Source: the human T2T-CHM13v2.0 reference genome, Homo sapiens. From it: a stretch of DNA of 64,000 nt. Shown here in pieces: positions 57,670 through 64,000 of this stretch; within the stretch, counting starts at the first letter, position 1, and every line of letters begins with the position of its first letter. The position numbers were made by a program, and so were the translations under genes. A model generated the notes under the pieces. It was given only the letters and a program-made list of their open reading frames with translations, did not search any database and was not told where the DNA came from. The stretch lies in the NCBI RefSeq assembly GCF_009914755.1, contig NC_060926.1, one strand, 5' to 3'.

Positions 57670-59275
57670 TGAAGCTTTAAGTAACACAGCTGAAGCATCA
57701 CATGTACTTAGACACTAGTGCAGCAGAGGGGAGATGAAACGCACAGTGAACTTAGGAGATGTGAACACCAGCTACAGCCTCTAGGTCAGCTTCATAGTAG
57801 AGAAGTACAGGAGCCAGTCCACTCATTCCTTCTTCCTTCTTCTGTCATCGAAGCAGTCAGATACAAGAGAAGCCATTATGGCTGGTGAAGCAAACTCGCG
57901 TTTATTGTCATGGATTAGGTGAACTAAGCCAGATGGAAAGAGCAGAGGAGTGGGCTCAGGCATTCATTTCACTTCCCTGTTTCTTCCTGCGTTTCTATGC
58001 AGAAAAATCCTCTGATTGTGACAGGAAACTTGTGAGGCAGGATGCTGTGCCCACAGGACAGTGCTGCCTGGCCAGGACCCAGACCAGGAGAATGAGCCCC
58101 TCTGGAAGGCATCTCCCCTTCCCTTATTAACTTCTGAAAACCACTCTGCAGGGGCATATCTCATGTGCAGAGCCTTAGTCACATCTGGGACCCTGAATGC
58201 CAGAGACATGAAGGTTAGCCTCACCAGAAACGACCATAAAGATCGTGCTGGAGGCCAGGGGATAAAAAGAATACAGAGAAAACCAACTCATGAAATCTGA
58301 ATGAGTCACGCACACATTTACATATGTTAAATATTTTTTTCTCAACTGTCCCTTTATTAAAATTCTTTTAATACAAAGTGCTGTTTTGGTCACCTATATA
58401 ATTTATACCACAGATTAAATGATATCCAGATTGACTTGTGACTCATGAGGGAAGGTCAGTTTTTCCTAGATGGTGTTGGACTGAACAGATTTGAGTTTTT
58501 TCACCTTTTGGGTAGAGGTGAGCATGCTGCTATATGCAAAGGGAATGTCTGCATTCTGTTAGGTGTTATCACATTGCTGTTGATATCATGAATACCAGAG
58601 GGTTCAAGTGTAAGAAGATATGTACTCATGACAGAAAGCCACAGGGTGGATGGGAGCAGAAATAGCACCTGGAGTCATGTAAACAGAGGGGTCTGCATGA
58701 GACTGAAATGGGGATGCAACCAGCACAGGGAGGGCTGCACTCAGGTGGGCAGGTGGCACCACCAACCTTAGCACACAGCTTTCCTCCTTCTTCCATAGCC
58801 ACTGCTCCCCCATGTCCCTATTGCAGATCTCTCCCTCATTTATTCCAGTACTTGGAAGTATGTCCCGGCCTTAAATTCCCAGGCTACATTTCCTCAACTG
58901 CTGAAGCTAACATTGTCATGTGGAAAATTAGAAATTTGACTTCATTGTCATCCTCAAGGCCTGGCTTGTTCCAACCCCACCAGATTCAGAGAATGTTGGG
59001 ATCTTTCTGCTTCATCCAGGTTGGCTTAGACACAAGGTGAAATTTAAATGTGTCGAGGCTTTGGCCTCCTGCCTAGCAGCCATCTTCCTCCTTTGGTTTC
59101 TTGGGCACCAACTCTGTCCTGCTGTGCATGGGGAGGACAGAAAGTTTCTCTCAGCCCAGGACAGGAACAGAAATTAGGGGGACATGAGTTTGGTTCCACA
59201 ATAAGATGTCAGGGAGTGAGGGATGAGCAGAGATTCTGGGAAGAATTTTCATCCCTTATAAAAAGAAGAAGGTGG

Positions 59276-59811
<536 letters not shown>

Positions 59812-62410
59812 CTATCATTTGTTTCCACTACTTCCAAAATTATTTTCATTTAGACAGAAAAGATACTCAGTGAAAGACCACGGCTGGGCCTTAGACCTGC
59901 TCTTTAGAAGAAGACAGGCATTATCATATGTGTGCATTTGTGGGAGTCTGAAGCATGAAGGGCAGGAACCAAAATAAGTGATATCCTCTCCTGGCATCTT
60001 GGTCCTGCTGTGTCCCTGGCTAGAGAAACCCAAACCGCTTCGAAGAGTTTATAAATTCCATTCTCCTGCTGTCGTCATTTCTATTTTCATATTCTAAATA
60101 TAAAAGAACCCTTCTTATCTTCAATTCTTCCCTCTGCAAGATTGTGAAAATAGAACCATGGTTAAGAAACAGACAAAAAAGTTTGAAAACACATAAAATC
60201 TAAGGATTACATGCATCTCCTCCACACCACCGTGGTGTTTGCAGGTTTCCCCTCCTTCTCAGTGTTTTTTGATGGGAGGATGCTGACTGCTCCAGCCATG
60301 TTGCCGGCAGAGGTTGCATTTGGAGGGTTTACAAATAAAAGCTTCCAGACAGTTACTGTTGGATGCTGGGGAAGGTAGCAGGAGGGTTGGGTCTAGATTC
60401 CCAGCATGGAGGAGGCCAGGGTGATTCCTGGGAAAGGCTGTTGGTGTGGAAAGAAAAGACTTAGAACTCAGACCTGTGGCCTCCACCTTAAGATCCAAGC
60501 ATGGGAACCATTTATCAAAGAGCCAAGAAACCTGAGTTGATTCTTAGATAGGAAGCCCCATCTCATCAGTGGCCACCACCATCTGTCATTCAAGTTGAGA
60601 TTCACCTTCAGTGATGGCTCCACATAACCCTCAAAGCAATGGCTGTCAGGCCCTGAACCAGTCTACATGAAGCAAGCTTCATCACAAGAAGTATGAGGGT
60701 AGCCTCAAAAGTGAGACACCAGAGTCCATGGCCTGAAGGAAAAAACAGTAATTACTGAAGTTTATACCAATTTTACTAACATCCTTCCTAATGTCAAGGA
60801 TTCCCCAACTTCCTGACAGTCAGTCTCCTCTGCATGTTGAACTAATGCCTTGTCTGATTCTAGGCTGACCATGAACTTAAGTATCACAAGAGATGTGCTT
60901 CTTCTTGCCTTTCCCTCCAGGTAGAGGCATCATTTTCCTTCTGGTCATTGTCAAAAGAGGAAAGTTTTCCACTAAATATTGCTCATTTCCATACAAGCGT
61001 ACTGGCCCCAGTCTTAGGTCAAAACCCAGCAACTGCATAGGTCTAGTGAGTCCTTCCCTCGGTGCCTCTTTTTAGTGTGCACCTGCCTTATGCCTTTCCC
61101 TGAACCTAAGTCTCTATAAAGTCTGATGCCTCAAGCGCTACCCAGGCTCTGAGCACTCCTCACCAGCATGTTCCTGGTGGCTCAGAAGCAGCTCCCCTGG
61201 GGCCTGGCTTTTTGGAGAGCAGTTGAGGGGGAGTACCTGGGGAAAGGCTAAGTGAGTGAACCCTCTCTCCTCAGTGAGGGCAGCTAAAACTGGGTGCATA
61301 TTCCTGCTGTTCACCATCAATGCCACTTTCTTCTTTTACTCTTTGCAGTGAGTGGGGAAATCATCCCAACACAGGAGACTGCTTGCTTGTCAGTACATTC
61401 AGGAAAGAGAGTTTTTGTCTCCTGCTAAGCCAGCAACAATGTACATGGAGAAATATCTTGAATCAGTAAAAAACTTGGACAAAGACTTGAACCCCTTACA
61501 TCTCATGTCACTACCTTGGTCCTAGGCATCCCAGCCCAGTATAGTGGCAGCAGAACTGGAACCAGCTATGCCTTCACTATCAATGCCCTGGAGCCTGGGG
61601 ACTACGGGGAGTATAACTGCATGCTTGACTATGGGTAGCCAAGCAATGGTGGTGCAGTGTGGGCACAGAATCCCTGCTGCCTGTCATGCAGCCTGAATTT
61701 CTAGGGCACATTCTTGCATTCCAGAGAGATGTGGCCCACATGGACCCTCCAGATTTCACATACACATCTTTTTTGAGTGGATGTAGCAGTAGTTGTCCTA
61801 ATTCTTTTCTGCATTTCTGCTGACTTCTCATGGTGATATCTGCCCCTCGCTGCTCTCCCTGAAACTACAGAAGGCACCTCTGACTTCATGCATGGTAGAC
61901 CTCAGAGCCTGGAATGAGCATCCCCTAGGACAGCCCTCAATCTGTGGTGACTAAAGGAGGTGTATACATACCACAGCTCCCTCATCTCTCAGGTAGAATA
62001 GCCCAGAGGTTCTTGTGTTTTTACATTGGCATGAGCTTTAGTGGTCCTCATGGTCCTCATGAGCAGCTGCTTATTGATGAGCTTTTCACTGGCCATGTCT
62101 TCCCTGCCTCACTTTCCCCCTTCTCTCCCAGGGTTTTCTGTGCTTTGTAAATATGTTGTCAGCATGGGAATTCTTGTCATTGTAAGACCCACCTTAAGAC
62201 AATAGGCAAATTCTCATGTGTAGAGGTATCTTTATCTAAATTCTAGGGATTTCTTTTTTTACGGGTAGAAAAATTCAGAAAGTTAGGGAAACATTTAATT
62301 TTCCTTTACCAATCTCTCTTAGATTGCAATTAAGTAGCAATTCTTTTCTTCTGGGTCCCAAAATCAGAATAGTCTCTAACAAATAGCTACACATGTGAGG
62401 TCCACATTGG

Positions 62411-62436
62411 AGCAGCAGCAGCAGCAGCAGCAGCAG
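62411..62436. repeat. (CAG)8 trinucleotide repeat
   Basis: directly visible. Confidence 0.9.
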
Positions 62437-62599
62437 AATCCTCCAGCCCAGGGAAACCCCAGACCAGAGGACCCTGACTCAGATCTCTCCAGCTCTCTTG
62501 CTTTATAAAGATGTTGGTTGCCCACATTCTATCCTTCTTCCAGCTATGTGATTTTGGATTCTTGTTTAGAGAAGGACAGTTTGGGGCCAATAAGAATGA

Positions 62600-63100
62600 T
62601 TGGTAGTGTGAGTAAAGCACTCCCCATCTCTTCTCAAAAAAAAAAAAAAAAAAAAAAAAAAAGATGTTTGTGCCTAATCTGTGGAACCTATGAATGTTGC
62701 CTTATATGGCAAAAGAAACTTGGCAGATGTGATTAAGCTAAAGATCTTGAGATGAGAAGATTATCTAGATGGGTCACATGTAATCACCAGTGTCCTTACA
62801 AAACTGAGGCAGGAGGATCAGATTTGGGGAGGAGATTTGGCAAGGAAGAAAGACGCTGAGTGATGTAAGAGAAAGGCCAGGGGCCTGGAAAGACAGCAGC
62901 TTCTAAAAGCTGGAAAAGGCCAGAGAAAAAGTTCTTTCCCCCAGCATCCATAGGGAAGCTTACTTTTAGCCCAGTGAGAGCTTCATTTATCCCAGTGAGA
63001 CCTGTGTGAGATTTCTCCCTTCCAGAACTGTAAAAGAATAAACTGATGCTGTTTGAAGCCAGCAAGGATGTGGAGATTTGATAGAGGAGCTACAGGAAAC
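62600..63100 (+). mobile_element. MaLR LTR (MLT1D-like)
   Basis: GGAACCTATGAATGTTGCCTTATATGGCAAAAGAAACTTGGCAGATGTGATTAAG...CCAGAACTGTAAAAGAATAAA. Confidence 0.75.
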
Positions 63101-64000
63101 ACACACAGGGAGAGAATGGCATTTGCCTCTCTGTTCTTGCCTCTTTCAGCTTCTGGTGGCTGCAGCTTTCCTTGGCTGCGGTCACATCACTCCCGTCTCT
63201 TTCTCTGTGGTCACACTGCCTTCTCTTCTGTCTGTGTTAAACTTCTCACATCCTCTCTTACAAGGACATTTGTGATTGCATTTAGAGCCATTATGGTTAA
63301 TCCAGATAGTCTCCCCATCTTAATATTATTAATTGACATCTGTGAAGTCTTTTTGCTCAATTTAGGTAACACTCACAGGTATCAAGGAACTAACTTATTA
63401 AAGTATCCAATCTTTCTGTGCATACATACACAATTTATCTCTCTCTTTCTCCCCATTCTCTCTCCTTTCCTCATGATCAAAAATCACTTCCTTAAGTAAA
63501 TCCAGTTCCACCTATGGCCAGGTCAGAGCAGCACACAGGGGAAGGCCTTGCTCAGGGTTTGCTTAGAGACCTGCTCTGCCCCCATTATCATGCGGAAGGA
63601 AGGACACAGCCACAGACAGCCCTCAACCATCTGGGAGAATCTGTCTCTACAGAGGAAAGTCATGGGCTAAGACCCTCCAGACCTGTGATTGTCTTCAGGG
63701 GCCTGTGGTCCTCAGCCCTCCCTCTGGATGTCTGATTGTCCTCGGGGATCTGTGGTCCTCAGCCCTCATGGAGGGTTTGTCTGGCCCCCGGTGGTCCACC
63801 TTGGCCTCTCATTTTACTCTTTGCACTCACCAAGGAAGTATATTTGCTGTGGGCTGAGTGAGGTGACAAAATAGGCCAAAGTATACAAATAGCTGTATTT
63901 TATAATTTTGTTTGTATTTTTCTCAATTAAATTTATGGGATATTTTGAAATGTTTTGCAAGGTGTCATATGAAAATCATTTTTTAGTCATATCTTGACTC

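Overview
Primate (human-like) immunoglobulin kappa light-chain locus, at the end of a V-gene cluster. The window opens in a (GGAAT)n HSat3-type satellite (1-445). It then carries six recognisable Vkappa segments, all on +, in the known order 2-40, 1-39, 2-38(P), 1-37(ORF, Cys->Gly), 2-36(P), 1-35(P). Proximal and distal (D) copies are near-identical and cannot be separated by eye; D names are used because the distal cluster is the one on the chr2 + strand. The region is built from an old, repeated module [Vk2 - CTCF-like site - MLT1-disrupted relic Vk - ERVL-type LTR - Vk1], present about three times, plus a decayed fourth copy and an inverted copy at the right end. Many Alu/L1/LTR insertions lie on top. 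I see no new protein-coding system, and nearly all ORF-track entries are spurious. The most interesting signals are extra decayed Vk relics outside the six named segments (one with a near-intact 12-RSS), a CTCF-like motif repeated in each module, a templated 430-bp insertion inside an L1, an Alu-L1 composite under one TSD, an octamer-bearing LTR in a promoterless pseudogene, and an inversion. Repeat subfamily names come from recalled consensus sequences and need RepeatMasker confirmation.
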